A stretch of 63,200 nt of DNA, filler included, from Bipalium vagum (Eukaryota): NCBI GenBank assembly GCA_037834085.1. It is 3 parts of 3 records of this genome, joined end to end, with 100 filler letters (N's around TTAATTAATTAA, not from the genome) between each part and the next. Parts side by side here need not be neighbours in the genome. Positions count along the whole stretch, not along the records: positions 47,790 to 63,200 come from JBBMKC010161721.1; 2 more parts are not named here. One strand, given 5' to 3'. The notes under the pieces are model-generated. The model worked only from the letters and a program-made list of their open reading frames with translations. It made no database searches and had not been told where the DNA came from. A program made the translations under genes and the position numbers. Below are positions 48,280-63,134 of the stretch, piece after piece. Position 1 is the stretch's first letter. Each line of letters opens with the position of its first letter.

Positions 48280-49042
48280 CAGTGAAAGAAATCCGAAAAA
48301 TGTGTTTGGAACTTTGTTCAACGTTTTCATCAACTGTCTTCATTTGATTGGTAAAGTCAGAAAGTTGAAAAAATGGATATCTCAAGAGCTGACTTTAAAC
48401 ATATGATAAATCGTTTGGAACCATGTTTAAGGATCCTTTTCTTACCAGATTAGTCACGTGAGTTGAAAAATTGATTTCTTACGACAATCGAAAAAGTTCA
48501 TACCAATGGCTTGACAAATATGAACTCCCAAAATCTGTTCCATAACTTTCTATCCATAAAAGAAGCTCTTGATATCATTTTGGTGGGGTGTTCGCGATAT
48601 TATTATTTGTTTATATTAGCATACTGGGGAAACAGTGAATTCAGATACTTACTGCCATTACTTGAACAAAATGCATACAAAGCTTAAGGGATCTATTCTG
48701 TTGTAAGATAACTCCAGACCTCATATCTTGGTGAAAAATATTCCGAAACATTTCGATTTGAATTATGAACTTCTTTATCATCTCCATATTTACCCCACTT
48801 AGCCCCATCTGATTTCCATCTATTCATAATCTGAAAAAATACGATTCTACAAATTCTTTGATTTCAAAACCCAAGATTTCTTCTCATCTGGAATATACTC
48901 ACTAAAAAAGCGCTGACATGTGTGTGCCGATGCGGATAGAGCTTATTTTGATAAATTAAAGATTGTATAAACCCAATTTCTCACTTATTTTTGATAGCTA
49001 AGAATTTTATAAAAACGACATTTCACATGCACCAAACTAATA
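48280..49042 (+). mobile_element. mariner (DD34D) remnant with right TIR
   Basis: HLIGKVRKLKKWISQEL, PFLTRLVT*VEKLISYDNRK, DNSRPH, YLPHLAPSDFHLF and FFSSGIYSLKKR. TIR CGACATTTCACATGCACCAAACTAATA ending at 49042. Confidence 0.82.
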
Positions 49043-51344
49043 TCACATTGCCGATTGGTAAATGCAAAAGTTTTTTCACTTAAATAGAAATAAATTTAAT
49101 GAAAAAAATTAATTGAAAAAATTAAAATTATATTATTAATATTATAATATAAAAAATTAAAGTAATTATGATTAAAATAATTTGAAGAACAAAATTATTT
49201 TTCATTATTTTGAAAAAAAATTTCTTTAAATTTTAAAAAATTAAATAATATTATAAGAATATTAAACAAATTTTCCATTCCTGACCCTTGTGGTGAAGTT
49301 AGTTGAGTAAAAACCCCTCTCTCGCCGACGAGGAATAACACCACCTGGAATTTTTTAATCCTCTTAATACTCTAAGCCAACTTTTCTCAGACAATTTGTG
49401 ATAATTTAGAGGATTTTATTTGATTTCCAGATAGACTGAATATTTCCCAATATCCAATAGCTCAGCATATTTGGACTATTATAATTTTACTTGTGAAAAT
49501 AATGAGAACAGACAGAAAGAAGAAATCCCCCACATTGCAGAAAATTAAATACTAATTAGTATAAATTATAATTTTACTTTTCCGAATATTTCCATTCTTT
49601 AGAGAAATTGGAATAATGCCTTACTGGATAAAGAGAAGGATGTTTTATTTCCATTTGAAATGAAATCGTTTCACTTTTTAAATGTATGTTAATATATATT
49701 TTATGTTTCAGTTATGAAATGATTATTTTGTTACTTAGAGAAAACTTTAAGTTCATAAAAAGGAGATTTGAGAAAGATAGGCAACTTAACACGCTTGGAG
49801 GAAACAAAATATTAAAATCAATATTTAAAGTAAATTAAAAATTTCAAATATAAAACACTGAATCAATAAATACTCAAACTGTGAATCGAATTTAGAAATA
49901 ATAATTCAATGTTAACAAAAGAATGAAATGAAAAATATATATTTTAAACCCATATGAATGATATTTTACAAAAATAAAATCTATCAAATTTACAATTGAC
50001 ATTTTCACACAGCTAATATAATGGACAATCCAGATTATAGAGGAGATAAAAAAAGACAGGTCGACTTTTGCTATCTTACTCATAAAAGGTCTCAGTAAAA
50101 TTGCAGTTCTTTGTCCTACTTGACGTGGAGAGCACAAAAAGAGAATATACTAGGTAACAAAATAAATAATTACTTGATTCTAACTGGTTCACCAAAACTT
50201 ATCTAATTTTCAGTTGAATAAAATTTTTAAAATTCAAATCAAAATCTTGAATTTCGAATTACGTTTGATCTATTTCTTTATCGGATAATCTATTATATAA
50301 TAAATAAGCTCGAATGATCCTTCAAACCAATTTTATCGATGTAAATAAATAATTATTTCTTATGATGTTTTTATAGATTCATCTTTTGATAGTTCAGGCT
50401 TTTCTTACTTTTAATTTTTCTGATATTTAGTTTATTCGACTTGGCTTAAGTTTTTTTTATGGAATATATAGAATTTTCAATATCCTCAAAGATTTCTTTA
50501 TCTTTTTAACATGGAAATTATTTAATAATTTTTCGATTAGCTTTTGATCACTGAGAAATATTCATTTTTTTCACTTATGTAACATATTCATAAAAGACGT
50601 TCCAAATTAAGAGGTCCAATAAACTTTCTATAATATATTATATTATATTATATTATTAAAACCCGTCTCAAATTATTAATAATAATTATGCTTATATAAA
50701 ATAGAGCTAGAATTCATTCTTTTATATTTAAAAATATATTCAAATATGATAATTTTATGATAAGGACGAAAAATTACCAATTTTAAGCTTAAATTTTCTT
50801 TTATTTAATTATGGGAAATTAAATAAAGTAAATATATATTGAACATATATTATCGGACTCTGAGAATAATTGTTTTATAATTTACACTAAAAAAATCTAT
50901 AAAAATGTCAAATTTATGAAATTTCCAATAATAATAATAATAATAATAATAGTAATATTTTGGGAAAAGTTATTATTTAAATTCAAGAGTTCATTCATGC
51001 TGAAATAGACATAATTATAAATAATAAATGAAATATAATTTCAATTATGAAAATCAATAATTATCTTAAAAGTAGCGTAGGAATTATTAAAATTTTTGCT
51101 TTTATATATTTATGGATATTAATATTCTTAAATAATGAAAATTATAAATAAATAAAATAATATCAGGAAAATATATTTAAAATTTTCTTGATTACACTTA
51201 AATTATATAATATGGAAAATGAATACATGGTGCAACAGTTATTGTGAATAATATCGACAATATTATAAAATTCTTTTTATTAAAATGGAAAAAATATTTT
51301 TTATTAATTCACGGGAATTCTAATCCTTTGAGTAAGTGTCAATT

Positions 51345-51790
51345 ATATTTTCTTGTCCCCAACTTCGACAGTTCTTTCTGTTAACAAGTCCACTCAAATG
51401 AAAGTGGGCCTCATCACTGAAAATGATTTTCTTTGTGAAACCCATCCAGCATATTTCATCCGCTTCTTATGATCTAACGATTTAATCTTTTGCCTGAGCT
51501 GGATCATGTAAGCATGCATATGCAGATCTTCATTTAAAATTCGATGTAACGAAGTTGCTGAATTATGCATTTCTTGGCATCGCCGGCAAATCGAATTTGC
51601 AGGATTCGCATTCACATTTTTTTCCACAGCAACGACTTCTGTCCGACTGGAACATTTCCTCCCTGACTTCATGAGATTTGCAACTGATCCAGTTTCCTGA
51701 TATATACATTAGTCTTCGAACTGTAGACTCGTTGGGTACATTACCTCTGACCAAAATCGATCGAGATTTTCAAACTGTTTGTGGGTCTCT
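51345..51790 (-). mobile_element. maT/DD37D (DUF4817) transposase N-terminal remnant
   Basis: VPNESTVRRL, SGRKCSSRTE, SLHRILNEDLHMHAYMIQLRQ and IIFSDEAHFHLSGLVNRKNCRSWGQEN. Confidence 0.85.
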
Positions 51791-53001
51791 CATTATTTTC
51801 ACATTTTCTACGGTATCCATTCTAAGTAAATTCTTTTGGTCCACTTATCAACTTTTCTTCCAGATCTGGCCAGAAAGGTCTTTGACCAGCACCTGCTTTT
51901 CTTAACTTTTGAATTCATAATAACATCTTCGTTTTTCTATCTTAAATTTTTCTAATCTATTTTTCAAGTACGTGATATTTCCGACAAATTGTTTTTCAAT
52001 GAATTCAATGTGTTTAACGCATCTCTCTTTTGGCCAATATTATCAGACATTACTCTATGCATTTGTAATAATCAAATAAATAAAACTAAAAAAGGGATTA
52101 ATACATAAGATAAATTTAATTTAAATGTCTCACTAATGTTTTATAAATAAAACAAAAATATTGATTCAGATATTGCCACACAATACATACAATAAAATAT
52201 TCTAAAAATATTGATAAATTAAATTTTAAAAATTTCACGGCCAACTCAATTCGAGGACCATGAACTTAAAGTTGACTTGGATTGCTTTTACGAAACCTCG
52301 GTACACCTTAAACACAATAAAACAAAAATTGTTTTTTGATGAGAAAACATTGGGATAAAATTTAATTTATCAAAAATTTATCGAAGAAATAAGTTGTTAT
52401 GGTTTGTGGATATTAAATATTTAAATTATTATCTATTTATTTTTATTGTACATAAATACAAGATGATTCAAGTAACTGTTAACAATATATAATTTTACAC
52501 ATTATTATCCAAAAATTAATTTACCATGTCCTGGAAAGGGATGACTGTCTTTAATTTTCCTATCTCCTCAACAATCAAAAGAAGAATAAATTAAATGCTC
52601 CTTCTCTCATGAAATGGGAAAAAGGATAAATCATTTTATGACAAAAAACGATGCAATTACCGTAATGTTCGATGAGCACTTATGAAATTAAAATAATTTA
52701 AAAAATAATTAAAGAAAAATATAAAAAGATGTTAAAATTGGCATAACTGAATATAATTAACTCATAAACAAGGAAAAATGATAAATAAAATATCTATACT
52801 GTCTATTAATATTATCATAATCGGTTTAGTTATATTTATGGAAATATCTTGAAAGACAAAAGTAAATATCAAATAATTTATACATGTCTAATTTATTCAA
52901 GTATGATAAACCGATGTTCAGAAATAATATAAATATTAAACGTTAGTCCTTATCTGGAATTGGGATAGGAAAAAAATTGCATCCTGAACTCGTATGTACA
53001 A

Positions 53002-53490
53002 TATTGAGGTGGTCCATAAGTCTTTTCGTATTTTTGTTTTACTATTTAAAATTAATTTTGTAATTGATATAAATATTTAAACCTATACAATTATATATCA
53101 TTTTGAAGATAAAAACTTCTTTTATCAGACGTAAATTTGTTTAGAAGAAATATGTATAAATATACATTGTAAATTAGAGTATTTTTAAGATATTATTAGA
53201 AACAACATTTCGAAGCTACACAAGCGTCCAAAAGATAATTAAAGTTGAGAATGAGAACTTTGTTTCAATTCGTATGGCCCCAAACTGTTTCAAAAAATTT
53301 AATCAAGGCCAGGAACACCTTCAAGATCAAGAACGACCAGGCAGGCCGATAACCAAGAATTTCGGATGTATATGCAACGCAGTTGAAGCTACCGGCACTC
53401 GAAGATTATTTTAAGAACTCGGTATTCCAAAGACACCAGTTCTTAGATATTTTCATTCAATAGATAAGGTAAACAGATGCTGTCGCCAAA
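53002..53490 (+). mobile_element. mariner 5' remnant (left TIR + HTH)
   Basis: TATTGAGGTGGTCCATAAGTC TIR-like start. FKKFNQGQEHLQDQERPGRP and TRRLF*ELGIPKTPVLRYFHSIDKV. Confidence 0.7.
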
Positions 53491-54732
53491 TAATTTGTGT
53501 GGATGATGGCGTACTCGTAAATTGAAAAGCAATTTATATAGGTGAGTATATGATATTATCTAATGAAATTTAGTGTGTTAATACTATTTTTAAAAAATAT
53601 ATTGAATAAATTTATTATTAATAACTACATATTAATTTTTATATAATAATAGATATGCTTAATCCATTCCATAATAAAACCAGATTACCTATTTTATGAA
53701 ATAAAATCGGTTAAGTGTAATTTAAAAATTATAAACTAAGCGTAGTTTTAATTTTGTCAAATCTATTAAATATTAATTTAAATACAATAATGATGCTCAA
53801 ACTAACTGTAAATAGTAAAGATAGATAAATGAAAGTTTTCTAAGATATACTGTTAAAAATATTTTTATGGTTTTTATTGTTTAATTTTAAATTACAAGAT
53901 TGCTAATTGATCCGCTACGCCTGATTGCATAATTTTAAACTGGGTCAATTAAAAATGATGGTCAATTTTTTTTATAAATATAGTACTTGTTTAAATATTA
54001 AATATAGGGATATCACTTTTAAAAACTCTAATAATATTTGTTACGTTCAATTAATCTTTTCTACATCATAACAATATCTAATAGACAATGTTGAAAACAA
54101 TAACCTGTTAATTTGTCACAGATTATATTTGTTATTAGATTTGTATTTCTTTGAAACGATGTAGACCAGATCGAAATGATTTGATAATATCTTAATATCA
54201 TCAAATTTGGTTTTTGTTACTTTCTTCATTTTAAACTTAAACTCATTTATAGAATATTAACTTTAAAATACTATTAAAAATGAGAGTATTAGAGGTGGAA
54301 AAAGATATTATAAATAGATAATAAAAATAATTCCATAATTTTTTTATTTTTACATAATTTTATAAATATGAAATGTTGCAATATTTTTAAAATTTTCATT
54401 TTAAGTTCTGTCTTTCTATGGCTTCAAAGATTTAGAGAAATAAAAATAAATGTTTTTATATATTGTGAAATGTTATCTGATCAGGGAAGACTTCAAATCT
54501 CAATTTTCGGATCAATTGCAATTTGATACTTTAATTTTTTTTAATTTAAAATTGTTTCATAAATTATGAAATAAAAATCAATATTAATGCACTTAATTTT
54601 TTATTGATTAACACAATAAATTTACTAAAAATAAAAAAATAGAAATAGAAAAAATATTATTTTTAAAATCAGTAAATAAATTGAATATACTAGTTTTTGT
54701 TGCACTAAATTAGATTATTAATTCAAAAAAAA

Positions 54733-54960
54733 ATGTCGAAAATGTATAATTTCGTAGTATGATCTGTACATCTTTACATCCCAAAAGATATGGTAATAAG
54801 AAGATTATTAAGCAACTTCAAGAGGTTTATGGTAAAAAAGCTCCATCTTAGATGATATTTTATAACGAGAGTCCGAGAATTTTTATCTGCTTGAATAAGT
54901 GTTTTCAATGAAGTCAAAAGTGGAAGACCTGTGGAAATTAGTAGAACAATTTCTAAAAAT
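54733..54960 (+). mobile_element. mariner HTH remnant
   Basis: QLQEVYGKKAPS and SVFNEVKSGRPVEIS. Confidence 0.5.
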
Positions 54961-55069
54961 TGAAAGATATTTTTAAAAATAATCGTAAAACAGAGCTATT
55001 TGAAAGACTATATGTATGGAAAGGACTGATTCTAGAGCAAATGGGATTTCCAGTTATGGAGTTGCAAAA

Positions 55070-57305
55070 CAAAAATGTTAAGTTAGCATATTTTGGTGGC
55101 TTCTGTGCTCAGAAAAATGGCAGCTTTTTACTTAATCTTAACATTGCTGAAACTCGGAAAATTACTCGCAAATACCATTCTGTCACAGAAAAAATGACCT
55201 GCAGTAAACTCCAATAAAATAATTACGAGAAATGTTAACTTTTTATTAAATAATAGGCACATCAAGAATTTTTTCGATAGCCTTCGGTTGGGTGAAAAGT
55301 ATATCTTCCTCAATTGCACTGTATCAGCAGCAATTTTTATGGACGTACCGATTATCTTGATCTGAATATGGTAAACAATATTTCTGTAATATTTCTCATC
55401 TTTCAGTCCCCAAACTCTCGAAAACGTCTTCTGGTTTTAGATTTTGAAAAAAAGTTTTCTTTTGTTTTCAATCCGACATTTTCCCACAGCTCCGAAATTG
55501 CATATTCCATAGCGGGTACTTTGAGAGAGTTTTTTTGAAATATGGGGAAATATTGATTGCTTTGAGTTGAGTGAGAGCCCTCCACACGAAACACGTGACT
55601 CAGGTCTCTACTCAAATTTGATCTTTTGCGGAATAATTGAGAACTATTCAATTGGTATAGACCTGGCTGGTTTTAACTCCTAGTCCATTCGGGGAAAAAT
55701 TTATCTTCATCTGATTTACTTTGTCATGAAACCCCTAAATTTTTTCTTTCTCCACCTTCAATCAATGAGAAAAAGCTCAGCAGAAAAGACAGGAAAAGTA
55801 GGGCTAAGGTACTTTTAATAGAAATAATCGAAAACGATTATCACGTTGACCGTATCATGGATAAAATTGTCAGTCTCTTTCCTTCTCAACCTTCTGTATT
55901 ACGTCATAAACCATATCTTGGGTCAAAAATGTTCAAAGAGAAAGTGAATAAATTTGCTATATGATCTAATTTTAATAAAAATAAAGAAATACACACTAAA
56001 AAAGATAGACATTATTGAACACTTTACTCACTCTTTACCGCAAAACAGAACTTGGGTTTTCAACGAATTTTGTAAGTCTTCCTCGACCAAACTATACCTT
56101 GATTTGATTTAGCTGCTGAAGTATGTATGGCATTGGAAAAAGTAGGTAACACAACTTCTGGATGTGATGGCATCACATACAGTAACTTGAAATATCTGGA
56201 TCCTGATGGAGACATTTTATGCTTCTTGTTTAATAAAATAATGGTATCCGGCAAAATTCCTTCTCCTTGGACTTTGTTTAAAACATCTTTAATTACGAAA
56301 CCTGGCAAAAGTGATAATTATCATCTGGTGTCAAGCTTGAGACCAATTGCTCTTCTCTGTACTTCCTACAAGATTTTCACTGAGATTCTCTGTAACAGAT
56401 TAAATATCTGGGTCAGGGAGAACAATCTTCTTCATTTTTCTCAAAAGGTGGCAATGAATATGAGGGATATGTCGAGCATAATGCAGTTCTAACTGCAGTT
56501 TTGGAGCACATTAAATATTCAAAAAGTTGCCCAATTTCCATCGTTTGGCTCGACATCAGAGATGCCTTTCCGAGTGTTCCACACCAATATCTGTGGTTAC
56601 ATTTTCGATATATAGGGGTTGGCAACAGCTTCGTAAAAATATTGGAATTATTTTATAATAATATCAGTACATTTTACAGCTGTGGGCCTTTGACAACGAA
56701 TAATCTGCCAATTCGAAGAGGTGTGAGACAAGGCTGTCTACTTTCTATTTTACTTTTCGAAATTGCAGTAAATCCGGTTCTTGAAGCTGTAAGCTGTCTC
56801 TGTGACATCTGTTTGATTGGAACTTCTGCAATAAGAGTTTTGGCTTATGTAGATGATATTGCAACGTGTTGATCATTTGATCACACATGTTGAGAAAAAA
56901 TTGATTTTTCTCATTGATATCAAATGACCGATGGATATCCTGAAAATTTTCAGGAATTCAGATGACGACAATTTAGCTAAATACGCAGATCTTTGTAATC
57001 GACTTCAAGTGTTGAAGCCAGATTATAAAGTTGTACTGCATACATGCATAATTGGTTCTCTAGGAACATTATCGCCAAAAACAGTTGATGTATTGGACAA
57101 AATCGGTGTCCGGAGGTCAAAAATTGGTCAATATCTCAAGGAATTTGCAGCATCAAATATTGAATACTCGGCAAAGATTTAGAATTGTGATATTCCCCGA
57201 TATCGACAAAGCTGGGCTGAAGCAAAGTTATACTAAAGCTGAAGAACTTAGCTGAATTATCTTGAAAGATCCATGCAGATCTACTGTGTCCTGAAGAAAT
57301 AAACT
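55070..57305 (+). mobile_element. Non-LTR retrotransposon of the RLE type (R2 group, NeSL/Utopia-like), internally deleted and decayed
   Basis: RT: NTTSGCDGITY, WTLFKTSLITK, LRPIALLCTSYKIF, SQKG, WLDIRDAFPSVPH, GVRQGCLLS, LAYVDD (56127-56870). C-terminal restriction-like endonuclease region IDIK*PMD...AKYADL...IIGSLG (56910-57182). AATAAA at ~57298. The 5' boundary is approximate. Confidence 0.88.
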
Positions 57306-59419
57306 TCAAATTATTTCTATTTTAATAAATATAAATTTTATGGACATAAAATGGCCTATGAAAAAATTTTTTGTCTTTTTAGTGCAGTAAAAATTGCTTA
57401 CCTATATATGAGAGACCATTGAGTCTCAATTTTTAATTCCTAGAAAAGAGAGTCAAGGAAATTGATTTTCAAAAGTGAGAAGCCATCCAACGTCTTGGGT
57501 CTCAAAATTTTGTATCCTACACATAACATGGGAACGTCTTGTGGGATACCAATAGTATCTTGAAGATAGATTTAACTAAAGAAATTTTAAAATTGGGTTA
57601 ATACAGTATTTCATACTTGACTGAAGCATCATTGGAGAATTCTTCATGGTAAAGAAATAACAATTCTCGAAGCACTTAAAACCAGGCGTTTTAGGTAACA
57701 TTGAACTTCAGTGTCCTATTATCTCAGCTTAAAATATTAAATGTCAAATCTACTAAGATTGACCCTCGATTTTACATTTTAATTGAAATAGTGATGTCGT
57801 TATACTGGTACGACAATAATTATTGGGTATCCTCATTTTAGAAGTTGAGTAAGATAAATTAATTATTAATGAATACATAAAAAATATTAAATAAAAAAAT
57901 ATTTAATTATTTAAACACTAAATTAAGTTATAAATTATAATTGAAATAAAAAAAGATAAATAATGAAAATATAATAATGAATATATGAATAATAATATAA
58001 TGAATAATAAAATAAAAAATAAAATAGAAAAATAAATAAAAAATAAAATAAAATTATTAATCAAAATTATTAATTAATAATTAAATTATTAAAATTATAA
58101 TCTTATTATTTAATTATAATTTTTTATTTATATTTTATATTTTATTTATATCTGATTATTCAATTATGAGAATATTTCTTTATTTATTGATTTAATACCA
58201 TTTTATACCAACTTAGGTAATTTTAATTTAAAATCTAATTCGTTCAGCAATGTAACAATATATAATTTATTGTTTATATTACTATATTATATTTTACTAA
58301 TATTCTTTCAAAAAAATCCGACCACTTTCAATTAAAAATATAAACTTTAGAAAATTGGAAAATTATAAAGATCAACAGAGCTAATTATATAAATAAAACA
58401 ATAAGTAAAATTATATTCTTTGATTATGTTTGTTTTAATTAGAGCTGTTGAAGTAAGAAATTGAATGAATATAATTATTTTAAATTTAATTTTTTCATAT
58501 ATAAAAATAATAGAATGAAATTTTTATTATAAAACACGTAAAATAATTATTTTACCATTATAAAATAAAGATTAATAAAAAATTATAATACAAATATATA
58601 AAAAATTCAATAATACATATTAAAATTAAATAATAAAGAAAATTTTATTTTTATTTTTCAATACTTTTTATATGTTCTTTTTCCACTAGTTTTATATTAC
58701 TTTTTTCTAATAATTATAAAAATAGCTTATAAAATTATTTTTTTTTGATACTAAAAATGCATTGAAACAAAAAATAACATATTTAAAACAAAAAATATTT
58801 TTAAAATTTTATTTTCAGTGCCATTTTTAAATCCTCTGAGAATGGATAAAAGTATTTTTTGAAATTGTCAAATAATATTTTAAGATATTTAAGATTTATA
58901 TATTAATTTTAATGTTTGTTTTAAACATCAACCTTTAAAATTTATTTATTAAGAAATTATTACAATTAATTTATTAGTAAGATATTAGGTTTATGCATTG
59001 AAAGTGAGCCTAATTTTTTACAATTTTGTTTTTTTATTTAGTAAGTAATATAAATATTAGGTAAACATAAATATATAATATATTACTTTAATAAATATTT
59101 GTAAATGGAATCAATAATTAATTTAATCAGAAAAAATGTAATAAGTTTTTCTCTGAATTGTTAAATATTAGAAATTGCAGCAAATATAATTTAAATAATA
59201 AATTATCATTTATAATATAATTATTTCAACAATGAAGATCAATAATGAAACTGTTAGTCTTTTGGGCCATTTGAACATTCCATTGCAAATTTGAGATATC
59301 GATTCTTCCGTCTATCATTTAGTGACATTCGTGCAAATAAATAAAATGGTATTATATTAATATTTGTAAATATTAAAATAATAAATATTATTAATATAGA
59401 TTATCAGAGTTTTATTAAT

Positions 59420-60577
59420 TTTCCGAAATAATTGAAAATCAATAACGAACGAGTAAATTAATAATCTCTTATTTTGATCTTGAGATAGTTAGCGTAGAGT
59501 ACTTTGTTTAAAGAAATTCTTTTTTCAACTTGAGTCCGTTTTATTAATTAATGTGAAAGAAGATATAACTGGCGACAACAACGAAAATATTAGTGTCAGT
59601 ACGAAAAGAAAAGGAAGAAGGAAAGAAGCATGCTGTACCAAAACAAGTTCAAGAGTTACTAAATTTAATACCCGAAAATTCTTTAGACGGAGTTCGTCAG
59701 AGACAGCGTGTTCGATAAAAGAAATCGACGAGTGGCTTAACATAAGGGATCTAAGTTTAATCAGTGTTTATGATCTTTGGTATTGAAAGAAGATGATAAA
59801 TTATTGAAAAATTTAAAAAGGAAAACTACGTCGAAAGAAGTGGCGAGAATTGGTTCAAGGAAACGTTTTTTGTTTAAAAATAATTTCCATATAGCAGAAG
59901 TTAAGCAAAACGTGGATGAGAGGTTCGCACTATTCAACATTCTACTGTGTAACCTCTTAATCAAAGTTTTGGACATAATATAATAAGTTAAAAGTTTACA
60001 AGACATTGCTGACTCTTTCTCACATTTTGTCTGGGGGTCTAGCAAATGCCTTTGAATATAAATCGAAGTGTAAAGGATGTACTGATGTTTAAGACGGCTG
60101 ATGGTAGACTGCTGACTGATTCGAAATATTTTTCGTCCATGGATTTAGGACAACCATACTAGTATTAATACTCCAGAAAAAGATCTACGAAGTTTTCTCG
60201 TTAAAAATAGTTTTAAGTTACATGCCGGTGTAGAAGATCACAAGTATCAGTATACTGAAGTTGTCAGACAAACCAGAAGGAACTTGAAAATGTCGGGAAA
60301 GTAAACGAACTCGTTCAAGAATTTGAAATTGGAGAAGTTTTAGTCAGGAAAGAATCTCAGAATTTATAGAAAACCTATTTCAAGTATGAGGGTCATTAAG
60401 AATAAGAATATGTATATCTCCAGGGGTCCGGATGTAACGAAAACAGCAAAAATTGAATGACTAAAAAAAGGTAGTAATCTTCAGCGAAAGGTTAGTTAGA
60501 GATTATATAATTTTGTTAATAAATATTTTTTTGAATTGGAATCTGTCTTATTAATTAATTTAAAGGAAGATCTAATT
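59420..60577 (+). mobile_element. Small internally deleted LTR (Gypsy-like) retrotransposon
   Basis: Diverged direct repeats ending ...TTATTAATTAATGTGAAAGAAGATATAAC (59569) and ...TTATTAATTAATTTAAAGGAAGATCTAAT (60576). PBS-like TGGCGAC at 59570; purine-rich AGGGGTCCGGA followed by TGTAACG at 60433; integrase C-terminal-like EFEIGEVLVRK...KYEG. Confidence 0.6.
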
Positions 60578-61899
60578 TAGATTTCGTAAATACAAAAGAA
60601 CAACAATTTTTAGGCTAATTTTCGTTTTTCAAATTACAATTCAATTTATTATTATATTTCCATAAAAATATTATTTTCATGTTATGTATTATTTATTATT
60701 GTATTTATTTAAATCTTGAAAACTCGTGATCAAAAATTTTTTTAATTATAACTTTATTACTTTTTCAAAAAAGTATATTTAGAACTAGAATATAAATAAA
60801 GGTGCTTGGAATACAATTTATTTTAATATGTATGTCCAGGAGAAAAAGAGAAGTTGAACTCAAAATAATCAATAAATTCAAATGAAATCAGCAAAACATT
60901 ATCATTGAAAAAATCAGGAGATATTTATAACATACACCATTTTAGTCATTTTAGTTTGAATTAATTTTATTTGAAAATTTAATATGTATTAGCTGCGATA
61001 TCAAAAAAATCAGTAATAGTTTGAACAATATATTTTTGAATGCTTTTTAAAACAATAATACTTTAAAAAAATCCATTCTTAATAATTTAATATATTGTGC
61101 CATTAAAAATCAAAATTATTTTAAAATAAATATTAAAAATTAAAAATTAAAAATTAAAAAATAAAATTTAAATTAGGCACAATATAAAATTTAGAAATTA
61201 GAAATCAGTTTAAATACTCACATAATATATCTAATTAATATAAAATAAAATTAATAATTAATCACAATGATAATTTTAATAATAATTGAAGTTAATATAA
61301 AAATAAATGTTGGGAAGAAATTAAATAAAAACGTCACCTATCAACAATTTTAAAATAAAATAATAAAAATAAAATACATAAAATTTACCTTTAAGTATTT
61401 CATTTTGAAAATAAAATCCATAGGAATCAAATGTCAATAATTTCCATAAATTGAAATAATTCCAATTTAAAAAGATCTTATATTTGAGATTTAGAATAAT
61501 GCCACGATATCGTAGTACGAAAGTACAACACAAGAATATGTTTAAATTAAATTTGGACTTATTTCAATTTATTGGTGAATATATAATGATATTGATTTTT
61601 AAATATTTATTTAATTTATTCTAATAAAATTATATATATATCAATAAATTACCAAAATACGAAATTACCTATTGCATGATCTAATTTAAAAATTACGTAA
61701 ATTAATCTAATAACTTAAAAAAACTTTTGTAAACACATTTTAAAAATTCAAATTCAGGAAGAAAAACAAATGAATTTTAAATGTATCCAGGAAATTATAT
61801 TTTAAAAGTAAAAATAATAAAATCAATAATAAAGATAATAAATTTTTGATAGTTATTGAGAACCTGTGCAGGTTTGCAAGTAAAAATGTGTCTAAGCTT

Positions 61900-62600
61900 T
61901 TCAATGATAAAATCAAATAAAACATTTGTCTGCCAGTAAGTTGTTTGTCAGATTTCCATATATAACGCTTCTGTACTATTCACGGAACGCCATCTACAAG
62001 AGACAGCTTCTCATTTCTATGTCCCACATGGGTTGAAATTAGCTTAAAAACTCTGTAAAGCAAATTCAATAACTGGAATGCTTTCTAATTTCGCTAAGTA
62101 TTTTACTCTAGATATATTAATACTGAGTGAAATATACAGAAATATCCGTCCAGTAAACATAATATTATAACGTAAATGTCCTCGGAGGTTCAAGGATGTT
62201 TGGTGAACACCCAAAACCTAATCGAAAAGGTGAATAAAACCAAAGAGCCAAAAGAATATCAAAGAAAAGAACAAATAGATTTTCGTCTTTTAAAAAGTAA
62301 AACAGAACAAAAAAAATCCTGTATACTTCGTAAAAGGGAAAAGTGAAAACAGGTTCTCAGAAAATTGATATTAAGTGAAATTAAACATTCAGTCAAGTAA
62401 GACTTTTGGTAAGTATTATGTTTCGTATGTTGGTGCCCAAATGGGTTAATTAAAGAAAGGCTATCTATGCCTATTGCTAAAATTTGACTGTCAAATATTT
62501 CCTTGATTTTGATTGCAATATCATCAGACATTCAAAGAACATTCAGTAACTCGTTTTTATACGTCATTTTACTTCTTATCAAATTCGCCATTTACGTTTC
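61900..62600 (-). mobile_element. Decayed hAT (Buster/Charlie-like) transposase fragment
   Basis: MSDDIAIKIKEIFDSQILAIGIDS (cf. MSxDIxxQ...FAIQxDES), TGRIF and SLVDGVP (cf. TDGAP). Fragmentary. Confidence 0.45.
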
Positions 62601-63134
62601 GAATATTTAAACAAGTTACATATTTTCCGAGAAATATTAATTACTGAACTTTATAACTTTATTCATTAATGTGATCTTTAATTTTAATCTTCAACTTCAT
62701 TCTTTATTTACATGTTTTAAAAAAACTTTAAAGATGGTTCAACCTTTAATTACGTTTACATTTCACATTTAAGATTTTATTTCATTTTCATTAAAAAATT
62801 ATTTATTATGATTATATTATTTATAATCATAATAAATAATTAAGAAACATTAAGACGATTTCACTTTTGTCAATACGAGTTGTAATAATTAATGCTTTTT
62901 CGCGAACGAACCCCATGTTTCTCCACTTGATTTATCTATGATGATTAGACCTTAACAACACACCATTGGTCGATATATGAGAAGACATGGATACAAAAGA
63001 CCTTTATAATTTCAATAAGGGTTTTCACAATCTCTAGTCAAAGAGGTTTGGAAATCTATAAATGTCTTTTGAGCAATCAAACGGACGAATGGTTTTAGTC
63101 TCACAATGTAACTACAGATAATTAATAAATAATG

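Noticed and set aside
49270-50150. Short coding-like patches on the minus strand
   Set aside because: Stops in all frames and no recognisable motif or consistent splice chain.
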